Positions 28,025 through 38,877 of a DNA stretch of 64,000 nt are shown in pieces. The stretch is taken from contig CAVJPS010000016.1 in NCBI GenBank assembly GCA_963651465.1, positions 293-64,292 on the forward strand, in the 5' to 3' direction. Below the pieces are notes generated by a model that worked only from the letters and a program-made list of their open reading frames with translations, searched no databases and was not told where the DNA came from. Origin of the DNA: a bacterium. Its GTDB lineage: Bacteria > Bacillota_I > Bacilli_A > RFN20 > CAG-826. Numbering within the stretch: the first letter of the stretch is position 1; every line of letters starts with the position of its first letter. A program made the position numbers and the translations under genes.

Positions 28025-30241
28025 TTATTCATTTTCACCAAAAACCAACTGTTTAATAGCTTTTACTAATTCTTCATAGGCTTTATTACAAACAGCTTTA
28101 GCCGTTTCGTCTGAAGTTAAATTATTAATAGTAGCCATAAATGTATTATAAAGAGCTTTTAATTCCCCATTCATAACCCATTTTTTAATGGTACCATATT
28201 GTTTATAAACATCTGAAGCTTTAACTTCATCAATATATTGTTGTGCTTTCTCAGTAATAACGCCTTTATAATATGACGCAAATTCTTTGAAATAATCATT
28301 TAAGAACGTAACCATATCGTTAATAAAATCTTTAGTCATATTATAGATATTTGAAGATATAGTTAATATATCATCAAATTTTTCCATTGAAAGATTTAAG
28401 TTATTAAAGATGTTATCAAGTTTTTCTTTATATGCATCTAATTCAAGAATTGATAAAACATAGTCATATTCTTGCTTTAATGTTGCTTTACCAATAGTAA
28501 TTATCTTTTCAATTGTTTCACTAATATAAGGATCTAAGACATCTTTATATTCGTTATAAACCGCAAGACATGTATCGTGAATTCCATCTAAAGATGAAAT
28601 ACCATTTAATAAATTAATAGTATCATTATAAATAGGTTCAACAATTTCACGTAATGCTGGTACAGTTGTAACTATTTGTTCAAAAATAGATGATACTTTT
28701 GTTTTTGTTGCTCCAGTAACATCACTAATAGCTTCATTTGTGATATCTAATATTAAAGAAGAAACTTCATTTTTAATATTTTCAAATTCTTCAATTGCAG
28801 TATCGTAATTGTTAATGCTACGTAATGAATCAACAATTTCATCATAAGATGTTTTTAATTTCTCTTTATATTTTTCATCATCAAGTTTATTATAAGCAGC
28901 ATTAAACATTTCTTCTATTGCTTGATAAGTTGATTCACGTAATTTATCTATTTCTCTATTACAGAATGTTTGGAATATATCAACTAAATCATTTGCTAAA
29001 GTAGTTGTAATATTTGAAATATCTTCAATTGAATTATCAATATTAACAATCTCATCTAAAGCTGTAATAGCTTTATTATAAGCTTCAGTTGCGGAAGCTT
29101 TTAAATCCTCATATGTAATTAATTCAACATAGTGATTAAATTGTTCATCAATATATGTACGAGCTTTTGTTTTATAAATTTCTAATTGAGCTTTAACATA
29201 ACTTAATACATTTTCTTTAACATCATTAACTATAAGTTCAATACTTTCTAAAAATGCCTCTTTAGAACGAACTCCTTCTAATCTTACTTTAGTATCGTCA
29301 TATAAAGATTCTAAATTAAATCTTAATGTTTCATCTTCAACCTTAGTTAAAGCATTAGTTATATATTTATCAACTTCATTTGTTGCATATTTAATAGCTT
29401 CTTCAACGGTTACATTAATTAAAGTTTTGCCTAATGCAAATACATCAGATTTAAATGTTTCAATATAACTTGAAATTGTAGTAGTAATATTTTCTTTATC
29501 TACTAAACTAGATAACGCTAAATAAGTGTCGTTATATAAAATATCAAGTTGAGATTTGATATCCTCATTAGTAACGTGGCAAATAGCTTCTTCATAATAT
29601 GAAGCTAAAATGCTTTTAGCTTCATTTATAACACGAGCTAAAGCTTCATCAATAACGTTATCTATATATTTACGAGCAAATGTCCTAAACGCATTAACAA
29701 GTTTATCTATTTCATCTTTGTACCCAATTTCTTCAACTATTTCAGTAATAGCCTTTTTATAAGATTCAAATATGTTATTAATATATGGAATTGTTTCACT
29801 ATTAGATAATGCAAGAACTGCCTCAACAATACGTTTAATTTCTTTTAAAGCATGTTCACGAGTTTCTAGATATGTAGTAACTCTTTCTTGAATAAAATCA
29901 ATAGTATCTAATAATTCACCATATAAGATATTTAATTGTTCTTTAACTTCGTTAGCGTCGCCAGTAATTTGTTCAACAGCTTTAACTACATAATCATAAT
30001 ATAATTCTAATGTATCTTTAGAATCATTATTAATTAATACATCTTTTACAGTATCTTCGTATTGTTTTAAAGCGACAGCTTTTAAAACAACAACATTATT
30101 TTCGTTATTATCAAAAGGAATACTACGACTTTCAGTATTTTCTACTATATTCTCATTAGAGTTGTTAGTGTTATTTGTACAGCCTGTTAAAAGTGATAAT
30201 ACAATTCCAGACATCATAACAACTTTAGATTTCTTAGTCAT
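28025..30241 (-). CDS. Large helical repeat lipoprotein (738 aa)
   Basis: Signal peptide with lipobox LLTGC. Asn-rich linker. Then at least 10 copies of a degenerate helical repeat ([LI]xxx[YF][NDE]xxxxx[LI]xx[ILV]). SD AAGGAGGA. Confidence 0.8.
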   Translation of the reverse strand: MTKKSKVVMMSGIVLSLLTGCTNNTNNSNENIVENTESRSIPFDNNENNVVVLKAVALKQYEDTVKDVLINNDSKDTLELYYDYVVKAVEQITGDANEVKEQLNILYGELLDTIDFIQERVTTYLETREHALKEIKRIVEAVLALSNSETIPYINNIFESYKKAITEIVEEIGYKDEIDKLVNAFRTFARKYIDNVIDEALARVINEAKSILASYYEEAICHVTNEDIKSQLDILYNDTYLALSSLVDKENITTTISSYIETFKSDVFALGKTLINVTVEEAIKYATNEVDKYITNALTKVEDETLRFNLESLYDDTKVRLEGVRSKEAFLESIELIVNDVKENVLSYVKAQLEIYKTKARTYIDEQFNHYVELITYEDLKASATEAYNKAITALDEIVNIDNSIEDISNITTTLANDLVDIFQTFCNREIDKLRESTYQAIEEMFNAAYNKLDDEKYKEKLKTSYDEIVDSLRSINNYDTAIEEFENIKNEVSSLILDITNEAISDVTGATKTKVSSIFEQIVTTVPALREIVEPIYNDTINLLNGISSLDGIHDTCLAVYNEYKDVLDPYISETIEKIITIGKATLKQEYDYVLSILELDAYKEKLDNIFNNLNLSMEKFDDILTISSNIYNMTKDFINDMVTFLNDYFKEFASYYKGVITEKAQQYIDEVKASDVYKQYGTIKKWVMNGELKALYNTFMATINNLTSDETAKAVCNKAYEELVKAIKQLVFGENE

Positions 30242-30299
30242 AATAAATCCTCCTTATCTTCACTATTATAAACTTTATTTTAAAAAAATAAAATACATA

Positions 30300-30330
30300 T
30301 AGAAAAGAGCGATTATATCGATCGCTCTTA
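30300..30330 (-). terminator. Terminator after mfd
   Basis: AAGAGCGAT / ATCGCTCTT 9-bp stem followed by TTTTCT on the minus strand. Confidence 0.6.
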
Positions 30331-30402
30331 AAATGAATTAGACGATTACAAAAATATAAAACTTACTATTAATATAATTTTCTTTATATAAACATTAGTA
30401 TT

Positions 30403-33400
30403 TTATAATTCTTCACTTTCTTTATATTTCATTGCTAATTTATAAATAATTGAAGAAATATCTTGATAATCTTTTAACCAATAATCTCTTTTTTTGATAC
30501 TTAGTTTTAATTCCTTATTTTGAATATTAACTTTTAAAATTAATAAATACTTTTGGAGTTCTTTGAATAATGTAAAACCTATTCCATCAATATTTGAAAA
30601 CTCTTTAGAACAAATTAAATCAATATGATCGTTATATTCAACAAAATCTTTAAACCAGTATTCTTGTTGGTATAAATCTATTGTTTTCTTTATAAACAAA
30701 CGATTAACTTCTTCTGGTATAGTTCCATATATATCTTTAATCTTATCTTCAACGTCTTTTAAACCATCAAAATCATTAACACCATCTATTTCTTTATATA
30801 GATTAATTTTTTCTCCTTTTGATGCGTATTCACTAGGAATATAAGCATCAATATTAATTAATTTATTAGGTTTACGTTCCATTAATTTATTACTTTGATT
30901 AGGGTTTTGTTTTTCTGTAATTGCTTCGTTTAATAATTCGATATACATATCAATACCAACCGAGTCAATAAATCCAGCTTGTTCCGGTCCAAGCATATCA
31001 CCTGCTCCACGAATCATTAAATCTCGTTGAGCAATTTTATATCCACTACCAAGTTCTGTAAATTCTTGGATTGCTTTTAAACGTTTTGCAGCGTCTTCAT
31101 TTAATTGTTTACGTTCTTTATAAAGTAAATAAGCATACGCAATTCTATTACCACGTCCTACACGACCTTTTATTTGATAAAGTTGAGATAAACCAAAACA
31201 ATCTGCATTTTCTATAATAATCATGTTTGCATTAGCAACATCAATACCAGTTTCAATTATTGATGTACATACTAATACATCAATTTCGCCATTATAGAAT
31301 TTTATCATTGTATCTTCAATTTGATCACGTTCCATTTGCCCATGTACAACAGCAACACGAGCATCTTTAACAAAAGACTGAATTTTCGTGGCTTTAGAAT
31401 ATATTGTATCTACCACATTATGAACATAGAATACTTGTCCTTTACGAGCAAGTTCGCGTTCTAATAATTCTTTAATAACATCATCTTTTTGTGGCATTAC
31501 ATATGTTTGAATAGGCATACGATTCATTGGAGCTGTGTTTAATTGTGATAAGTTTCTAATACCAACTAATGACATTTGTAACGTACGTGGAATAGGTGTT
31601 GCTGTTAAAGTTAAAACATCAACACTAGTTTTAAGTTCTTTAATACGTTCTTTTTGTTCAACACCAAAACGTTGTTCCTCGTCTACGATTAATAAACCTA
31701 AATCTTTAAAATTAATTTCTTTAGATAATAAACGATGAGTACCTATAGCTAAATGTATAGAGCCATCTTCTAAACCTTTCATATATTTCTTTTGAGTAGA
31801 TTCAGAAACAAGACGAGAAAAAATTGCAATTTTAATACCAAAATTTGTAAAACGTTCAATAGCTCTTTCATAATGCTGGCGAGCAAGTAAAGTTGTAGGA
31901 CATAAAAGAGCAACTTGTTTTCCACTATTAATAGCTTTAAATGCAGCTCTAAATGCTAGTTCAGTTTTACCAAATCCAACATCACCACAAAGTAAACGAT
32001 CCATTGGAATTGGTTTTTCCATATCATCTTTTATTTCTTTTAACGCTTCTTGTTGACCTTCAGTTAATTCAAACGGAAATTGATTTTCAAATGTTTCTTG
32101 AAATTCATCATCTTCTTTAAAAGCAAAACCTGTAGCTTTACTACGTTCAGAATATAAAGCAAGTAATCTATCAGCAATTTCGTTAACACGTTCTTTAATT
32201 TTCTTTTTAGTTTTCTCCCATTCATTAGAATTAAGTTTGTTAATTTTAGGAGCAGCTCCTTCTTTTCCAACAAACTTACGTACTAATTTGAATTGTTCAA
32301 CTGGTACATATAAAACATCACTACCTGCATATTGGATGTGAAGATAGTCACGGTGAACGCCATTATTCTCTAATGTTTGAACATCTAAGAATCTTCCAAT
32401 ACCGTATTGTTCGTGAACAACATAATCACCAGGAGTTAAATCTTGATAACTTTTTAAAATAACAGCTGATTTATATCTATTCATAAAACGGGAAGTTTTA
32501 TTTCTAAATCCTAACAGTTCTTTAGCGGTTAAAACTACAATACCATCTTCAACTAGTTCAAAACCGTTCTCTAAGCTAAAAATAGAAACACCTATTTGTT
32601 TAGTAGGAATTTGAAGCCCTTCAGTTCTTTCAAATTCAATATCATGTTCGCGTAATAAATATTCAATAGAATTACGTTGTTGTTCACTAGTGAGACACAA
32701 TAAAAGTTTCTTACTAGTTTCTTGATAAGATGAAATTAAAGGGTATGCTCCATTAATAGAATTAGTACCACCTAATATATTTCTTACATTAAACACAATA
32801 TCATTTTCAGAATGTGCTAAAGGGTGACAATAAACACATCTATGTTCATTAATAGTGTTGTAATAATTTTGATACATACCTAAATGTGACAATGAAAAAC
32901 CTTTTTCAAATTGTGCATAAAAATAATCTGTGGCTTCTTCTTCAAGTATTCTTGAAGTGTTTTCTAATCCTTCTTTATTACAAATAATGTTAATAGAATT
33001 AGAACTATAATCTAAAATACTAAAATGAGTTTCTTGAATATAACCATAATATTTATAAATAGATTCATCCAAAACATTATCTTTAATATGTTCAATATGT
33101 CTTTTAACTATTTCTTCTAAAGAGTGCCCTAAAACTTCTCCAATAATTTTGGTGTCTTCTTCTAATCTATTTAATAATTTATTTTCAAATGTATTTTTTT
33201 CTTCTTCGGTTAATATAATATCGTAACTCGGTAAAATACTAATGTTTTGAATGCGTTTAATACTTCGTTGAGTAGCAATGTCAAAATAACGAATAGATTC
33301 TAATTCATCATCAAAGAATTCTAATCTAATCGGATTTGCGTTATTAACAGAATAAATATCTAGAATATCTCCTCTTAATGCAAATTGCATTGAAGAATCA

Positions 33401-33897
33401 ATTTTAGTAACTCGTGTATAACCATTTTTAATTAATAATTCTTTAAGTTGTTCTAGATTATAATTTTTACCTTCTTCAAAGAAAATAGTTTTTTCTTTAA
33501 ATAAACGTGGGGAAGGTAAAAATCTTAACATACTTGCAGCGTGACAAATTAGAACATAATTATCTCGACGTGATAATTCATCCATAACATAAAGACGTTG
33601 TGCTAACATTTCTTTAGAAGCTTTTATATTATCGGTTCTAAGCATCTCATCCATTGGAAAAAATAAGCAATTATCTTCGCCAATAAAAGATGATAATAAA
33701 TCATAAACTTTTTGAGCATTATAAAGATTTGTAGTTATAACATTATATCTACCTTTATTTTTTAAGAAATTTGATGCTATTAATAATGAAGCACCGAGTA
33801 CTTCATCCACGACAAAAGTTCCCTTTTTTTTTAAAAGGGAGGGTGCAGCCATCTTCGTTTGTAAAATATCAAATAAGTTTTGTTTCAAATAGACCAT
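30403..33897 (-). CDS. mfd: Transcription-repair coupling factor Mfd
   Basis: CarD-like/RID region. SF2 helicase motifs GDVGFGKTE and DEEQRFG. TRG region. 1164 aa. The exact start is uncertain, and a TTG 9 nt downstream has better SD spacing. Confidence 0.93.
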   Translation of the reverse strand: MVYLKQNLFDILQTKMAAPSLLKKKGTFVVDEVLGASLLIASNFLKNKGRYNVITTNLYNAQKVYDLLSSFIGEDNCLFFPMDEMLRTDNIKASKEMLAQRLYVMDELSRRDNYVLICHAASMLRFLPSPRLFKEKTIFFEEGKNYNLEQLKELLIKNGYTRVTKIDSSMQFALRGDILDIYSVNNANPIRLEFFDDELESIRYFDIATQRSIKRIQNISILPSYDIILTEEEKNTFENKLLNRLEEDTKIIGEVLGHSLEEIVKRHIEHIKDNVLDESIYKYYGYIQETHFSILDYSSNSINIICNKEGLENTSRILEEEATDYFYAQFEKGFSLSHLGMYQNYYNTINEHRCVYCHPLAHSENDIVFNVRNILGGTNSINGAYPLISSYQETSKKLLLCLTSEQQRNSIEYLLREHDIEFERTEGLQIPTKQIGVSIFSLENGFELVEDGIVVLTAKELLGFRNKTSRFMNRYKSAVILKSYQDLTPGDYVVHEQYGIGRFLDVQTLENNGVHRDYLHIQYAGSDVLYVPVEQFKLVRKFVGKEGAAPKINKLNSNEWEKTKKKIKERVNEIADRLLALYSERSKATGFAFKEDDEFQETFENQFPFELTEGQQEALKEIKDDMEKPIPMDRLLCGDVGFGKTELAFRAAFKAINSGKQVALLCPTTLLARQHYERAIERFTNFGIKIAIFSRLVSESTQKKYMKGLEDGSIHLAIGTHRLLSKEINFKDLGLLIVDEEQRFGVEQKERIKELKTSVDVLTLTATPIPRTLQMSLVGIRNLSQLNTAPMNRMPIQTYVMPQKDDVIKELLERELARKGQVFYVHNVVDTIYSKATKIQSFVKDARVAVVHGQMERDQIEDTMIKFYNGEIDVLVCTSIIETGIDVANANMIIIENADCFGLSQLYQIKGRVGRGNRIAYAYLLYKERKQLNEDAAKRLKAIQEFTELGSGYKIAQRDLMIRGAGDMLGPEQAGFIDSVGIDMYIELLNEAITEKQNPNQSNKLMERKPNKLINIDAYIPSEYASKGEKINLYKEIDGVNDFDGLKDVEDKIKDIYGTIPEEVNRLFIKKTIDLYQQEYWFKDFVEYNDHIDLICSKEFSNIDGIGFTLFKELQKYLLILKVNIQNKELKLSIKKRDYWLKDYQDISSIIYKLAMKYKESEEL

Positions 33898-34148
33898 CTC
33901 CTTAGGATCAAGTCACAATTATTTTAACATAAAACATTAAATAAAAAATGATTTGAATTAATAATGATACAAAGATGAGAATAAGTGAACATTAGTTCAT
34001 ATTTATAAATGCAATATAATATTTATTTTCTTTCACAAAGACAGCATTTATTTAGATTTCATCTTCTTAAATTACTTATATAAGATGAAAGTTACTATAA
34101 AAAATATTAAAATAATATAAACAATATTAAGAAATTGAGGGAAAGAAA

Positions 34149-37133
34149 ATGAGTAAAATCGATTTATCATTATTAACAACTCCAGTTAATGATATTAATG
34201 TAATGCCACACACTACTTTTTTTAATCGTACAATAGAAGGCAAAAACCCTTCATTGTCATTAAATGGTGAATGGTCATTTATCTATCTTGAGAAATTCGA
34301 CAACAAATATTTAAAAGAAGTAGATCTTTCAAAATTAGATACTATCAAAGTACCTTCACATTTTGAACTACAAGGTTATGGTAAAATTCAATACGTTAAT
34401 AAAATTAACCCTTTTAACGCAATTGAAGATTTAAAATTGTGTGAGACTCCAAATAAAAATCCTTGTGGTATTTATTTTAAAGATATTTACATTAGTTCAT
34501 TAATTAACGACTATATATTAGAAATTAATGGATTTAACGAAGCATTGTATCTATATGTTAATAATAAATTTGTAGGGTTTAGCCAAAACGGATTTATTAC
34601 AAATAGATTTTTATTAAATGATTTTATAAAAGAAGGTAACAATAGATTAACTATTATTGTATTTAATTATTCTGCTTCAACATGGTTAACTATTCAAGAT
34701 ATGTGGCGTTTCCATGGTATCTGTAGAGATGTTAATCTTTTAACTTTACCAAAAGATCATTTAGACGATATTAAAGTTTTAGCTTTACCGGATGAAGACT
34801 TTAAAAATGGTAAATTAAAAGTATCATTTAATGTTTTATCAAAAGGTAATGCAACTCTTACTCTTCTAGATAAAAACAATAAAAAAGTGTTTGAGAAAAA
34901 AGAAAACGTTGATAAAACATACATAGGTGAATTTGATATTAAAAATGTTGATTTATGGAGTGACGAAATTCCAAATTTATATACATTGAAAATCAAATAT
35001 AACGAAGAAGATGTTTCATTAAATGTTGGTTTTAGAAAAGTCGAAATCAAAGAAGGCATCATGTTATTAAACGGAAAACGTATTGTCTTAAGAGGTGTTA
35101 ATAGACATGAATTCGATTGTCATACAGGAAGATACATTAAACCTGAATTAGTCGAAAATGATATTATACTTTTAAAACAAAATAACTTTAACGCTATTAG
35201 ATGTTCTCACTATCCTAATATTAATGAATTTTATGATTTATGTGATAAATATGGTATCTTAGTTTGCGATGAAACTCCAATTGAATCACACGCTACTTGG
35301 GGTACAGGTGAGGGCTATCAAGGAAAAATTAACCCAATGGATGTAATTCCGGGTTCTAATCCACTTTATAAAGATTTCACAGTTGATCGTGGTCTTAGCA
35401 TGTTAAGAAGAGATTATAACCACCCTTCTATTATTATGTGGTCAATTGGTAATGAATCTTACTTTGGTGAAAACTTACTGGCATTAGCAAATAAGATTCG
35501 TGAAGAAGATCCAACTAGAATTGTACACTATGAAGGTAACAGTTTATGTTACCCTAAATATTTAGAAATGTCAGACGTTATTTCTCGTATGTATACTCAC
35601 GCAGATCAAATTGAGAAATTCTTAAAAAAACACAAAGACAAACCATTTATTCTTTGTGAATTTGAACATTCAATGGGTAACTCTACAGGTAACTTTGATG
35701 AATATATGGCACTTACTTATAAATACCCACATTATCAAGGCGGATTTATTTGGGACTATGTTGACCAAGGTTTATTAATTGATGGAGAAATGCGTTACGG
35801 TGGTGAATTTGGTGATTATCCAAACGATAGTAATTTCTGCGCAGATGGTATTCTTTTATCAGATAGAACTCCAACTGGTAAACTTGCTAATGTAAAGCAT
35901 TATTATTCTCCTATTGATGTAGTTGCTTCGTTATCAAAAATTGAAGTAGAATCTCGCTATAATTTTAAAGATACTTCTAACCTTGTATTCAAATATGAGT
36001 TATTTAAAGATAATAAAGTTGTTGATTCATTTAATTTTAAATTAGATATTAAACCATTATCAAAAGCTGTATTTAACTTAGAAAATAAAGTATCCATAGA
36101 AGAAGATTCATTCTATTTTATTCGTGTAACAGTATACGAGAAAAACAAAACATTATATAGTGAAAAGATGCACGAAATATACTTTAGAGATACACCAGTA
36201 AATAAACCATTTAAAAAGAACGTTACTGAATATAAACACGAAAATAAAGGTGGACTTAAAGTATTCTACTCGACTGAACATATTACAGTTCAAAAAGATG
36301 ATTTTAAAGTAATCTTTGATGGCCGTAATGTACCAGATGGTGGATTACAAGCTATTATTAAACACGATGATATTTATTTTAAAGATATTAGTTTACCTAC
36401 TTTATATCGAGCAACTACTGATAATGATAGAACAGGTAGTAAATATTTCCATTCGTTCTATTTAGGTGGATCTCGTTATCCAATTTATATTCCATTCTTT
36501 GGTGGAGTTCATGTTGTAAAACAAACAGACGATATGGTTGCTGTAGAATTAACATTCCGTATGTTTGTTGGTATTGCAATTAAAAATATCAAAATACGTT
36601 ATGAAATATATTCTGATGAAACGATTAAAGTTTCTTATTCATTTAAGAAGTGTGCAATTATTAAAGCTCCACCTCTAATTGGTATGAAGTTCTTCTTTGA
36701 CAAAAATGCTATTAAATATAATTATATTGGTCTAGGACCTTATGATTCGTATATTGATAGATACAAAGGTTTAAAATACGGACATTACGAAGATACTTCA
36801 ATTAATTCTTTAGTACCATATTCAAGTCCACAAGAATGTGGTTCAAGAATGTACACTAAAGAAGTTGAGATTGAAATTAATGAACGTCAAAAGATAAAAT
36901 TCATTGCTTTAAATGAAGCATTCTCATTTAAATATCAACCATATGATGAATTTGAACTTGATAACGCCCAATATCATTCTGATTTACCATTATCTAAACG
37001 TAATGTATTAACTATTGAAGCATTTAATAAAGGTGTTGGAGGAGACGACTCTTGGGGCTCCCCAACTCACTCTCAATATTTATTAAAGAAAAAGAAAGTT
37101 AAACAAGAATTCTTAATCAAAATCACTAAGTAA
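34149..37133 (+). CDS. lacZ: Beta-galactosidase, GH2 family
   Basis: GH2 sugar-binding, TIM and small-chain domains. Acid/base GNESYFG. Nucleophile region LCEFEHSMGNS. 994 aa. Confidence 0.9.
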   Translation: MSKIDLSLLTTPVNDINVMPHTTFFNRTIEGKNPSLSLNGEWSFIYLEKFDNKYLKEVDLSKLDTIKVPSHFELQGYGKIQYVNKINPFNAIEDLKLCETPNKNPCGIYFKDIYISSLINDYILEINGFNEALYLYVNNKFVGFSQNGFITNRFLLNDFIKEGNNRLTIIVFNYSASTWLTIQDMWRFHGICRDVNLLTLPKDHLDDIKVLALPDEDFKNGKLKVSFNVLSKGNATLTLLDKNNKKVFEKKENVDKTYIGEFDIKNVDLWSDEIPNLYTLKIKYNEEDVSLNVGFRKVEIKEGIMLLNGKRIVLRGVNRHEFDCHTGRYIKPELVENDIILLKQNNFNAIRCSHYPNINEFYDLCDKYGILVCDETPIESHATWGTGEGYQGKINPMDVIPGSNPLYKDFTVDRGLSMLRRDYNHPSIIMWSIGNESYFGENLLALANKIREEDPTRIVHYEGNSLCYPKYLEMSDVISRMYTHADQIEKFLKKHKDKPFILCEFEHSMGNSTGNFDEYMALTYKYPHYQGGFIWDYVDQGLLIDGEMRYGGEFGDYPNDSNFCADGILLSDRTPTGKLANVKHYYSPIDVVASLSKIEVESRYNFKDTSNLVFKYELFKDNKVVDSFNFKLDIKPLSKAVFNLENKVSIEEDSFYFIRVTVYEKNKTLYSEKMHEIYFRDTPVNKPFKKNVTEYKHENKGGLKVFYSTEHITVQKDDFKVIFDGRNVPDGGLQAIIKHDDIYFKDISLPTLYRATTDNDRTGSKYFHSFYLGGSRYPIYIPFFGGVHVVKQTDDMVAVELTFRMFVGIAIKNIKIRYEIYSDETIKVSYSFKKCAIIKAPPLIGMKFFFDKNAIKYNYIGLGPYDSYIDRYKGLKYGHYEDTSINSLVPYSSPQECGSRMYTKEVEIEINERQKIKFIALNEAFSFKYQPYDEFELDNAQYHSDLPLSKRNVLTIEAFNKGVGGDDSWGSPTHSQYLLKKKKVKQEFLIKITK

Positions 37134-37140
37134 TTTTATA

Positions 37141-37177
37141 AGATGTGCCTATTAATCATAAGGCACATCTTTTTTTA
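37141..37177 (+). terminator. Terminator after lacZ
   Basis: AGATGTGCCT / AGGCACATCT 10-bp stem followed by TTTTTTT. Confidence 0.8.
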
Positions 37178-37282
37178 TAATAATATTTATATTGATTTAA
37201 TTTAACGACTTGGTCCGCAGTTATATTATCTTAAAAGTGTCAGTGTCTGACTATTATAATATTTCTTATATTTTAAACAATT

Positions 37283-37319
37283 AAAAAAAACTATCTAGAC
37301 AATTGTTATCTAGATAGTT
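37283..37319 (-). terminator. Terminator after the GPH symporter gene
   Basis: AACTATCTAGA / TCTAGATAGTT 11-bp stem followed by TTTTTTTT on the minus strand. Confidence 0.8.
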
Positions 37320-37335
37320 AATGAATTAAATAATT

Positions 37336-38877
37336 TTATTTATCTTTTGAATCCGGTTCGACTGGAACTTCGCTTACTGGAGCTTCATTTGCAGAAGCTT
37401 TAGCAAGTAAAGCTTGTTCGTATTCAGCTTCTTTTAATAAGTGTTCATTAGATAATTTTTCTTTTTGTTCATTCCATTCTTTACCATGTAATGGATAGAA
37501 TAGCATAGCAACAAATGATAATACTAATAAAATACCAGTAATTAATAACCAACAGAAGAAGAATCCGTCTTTAGCAACTTGAGTTTGACCTAACCAGTCA
37601 GTAACAAGTTCACCAGTAGTACTATCTGTTACTTTTAAGTTAGCATCGAATCCAAATAAATTAACAATCATAAATGGGAATAATGCAGTTGCAATAGAAC
37701 CAGCTGGTTTTGTAATAAGTGAGTTAATACCAGCATAGACACCTTCACGACGTGAACCATTATCGATTTCATCTTTATCAATAACGTCACCGTTAATCAT
37801 AGGAACAAGGTATAAACCTCCAGCAAGACCAATACCACAACAGAAGAATGTGATAACTGATACGATAAAGTATTTACCTAAGAATGCTCCTAGTAAACAA
37901 CCAAATCCCATCATACCGACAGCAAGTAAAATACTAGTTCTTGTTCCCCATTTGTTTCTGAATAATACAAATAATAATAGTCCTATCACAACACCTAGTA
38001 AGATAGCACCATATAAAACAAGCATAGCACTACCACCAATCCAACCATTGATTGTGACATTAGCATTTGCCCATAAACCACTTAAGTAAGTTAAACCTAC
38101 CATTAATGCAGATTGAGCATAAATAACAGTCCAAGATACAACTTCAAATAATAAGAATGATTTATTCTTTAAACAAAGTTTTAAACCTTCAAAGAATTTA
38201 GGTTGTTTCTCTTCTTGAATATAATTGTTTTCTTTATAGAAGAATGTTGAAGCGAATACAATTCCTCCACATAAAACGGCAGCTGCTGCCATTACCCATA
38301 CAAATGTACCATAATTTGATTCAATCATCTTATCTAACATTGAGTTAGCAACCATAGGAACACCATAACTGAATAATGAGAATACAATATTCCATAAGAA
38401 GATTTTATTACGAGCTTTGTTTGTGACAGCCATCTCGTAAGGCATAACGTAAATTGCAGAAGCAATTGCAGTATATACAATATCAAATAAGAATAATCCT
38501 AATAATTCTTGAATAAATAAGAACCATTGAACACCTTTCATACCCGGGAACGATATCCACATTATAGCATATAGTACAGCCATAATAGGGGCACCATATC
38601 TAATCCAAGGACGACGTCTTCCAAGTTTTGATCTTGTACGATCAGCAAGGAATCCATAAATTGGATCGTTTAATGCGTTCCAAATACCAAATAAAATCAT
38701 AACAATTAAGTTATACTTTGTATCAAGTCCTAACTTGTTAACAAATAGGAATTGGAATGCACTACCTTCAGCAAACGCACATAATACGCCTGTTGCAGCA
38801 TTAGCAGCTCCTAGCCATACTGCACTCGAAGTTTTGACCTTTTCTGCTGGTAAGGCCTTGTTTTCATTTTTTTCCAT
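37336..38877 (-). CDS. Glycoside-pentoside-hexuronide (GPH):cation symporter family transporter
   Basis: 12 TM. GPH signature GFLADRTRSKLGRRRPW. Hydrophilic C-terminal tail. Start trimmed to the ATG after SD GGAGG, giving a 14-nt overlap with the upstream hydrolase gene. Confidence 0.85.
   Translation of the reverse strand: MEKNENKALPAEKVKTSSAVWLGAANAATGVLCAFAEGSAFQFLFVNKLGLDTKYNLIVMILFGIWNALNDPIYGFLADRTRSKLGRRRPWIRYGAPIMAVLYAIMWISFPGMKGVQWFLFIQELLGLFLFDIVYTAIASAIYVMPYEMAVTNKARNKIFLWNIVFSLFSYGVPMVANSMLDKMIESNYGTFVWVMAAAAVLCGGIVFASTFFYKENNYIQEEKQPKFFEGLKLCLKNKSFLLFEVVSWTVIYAQSALMVGLTYLSGLWANANVTINGWIGGSAMLVLYGAILLGVVIGLLLFVLFRNKWGTRTSILLAVGMMGFGCLLGAFLGKYFIVSVITFFCCGIGLAGGLYLVPMINGDVIDKDEIDNGSRREGVYAGINSLITKPAGSIATALFPFMIVNLFGFDANLKVTDSTTGELVTDWLGQTQVAKDGFFFCWLLITGILLVLSFVAMLFYPLHGKEWNEQKEKLSNEHLLKEAEYEQALLAKASANEAPVSEVPVEPDSKDK

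Noticed and set aside
33820-33835. An A9/T9 homopolymer inside the mfd 5' region, and similar A8-T10 runs elsewhere, as phase-variation switches.
   Set aside because: The runs encode Lys-Lys-Lys in frame or form terminator T-tracts. Such runs are expected by chance in a genome this AT-rich, and there is no evidence of frameshifted gene halves.
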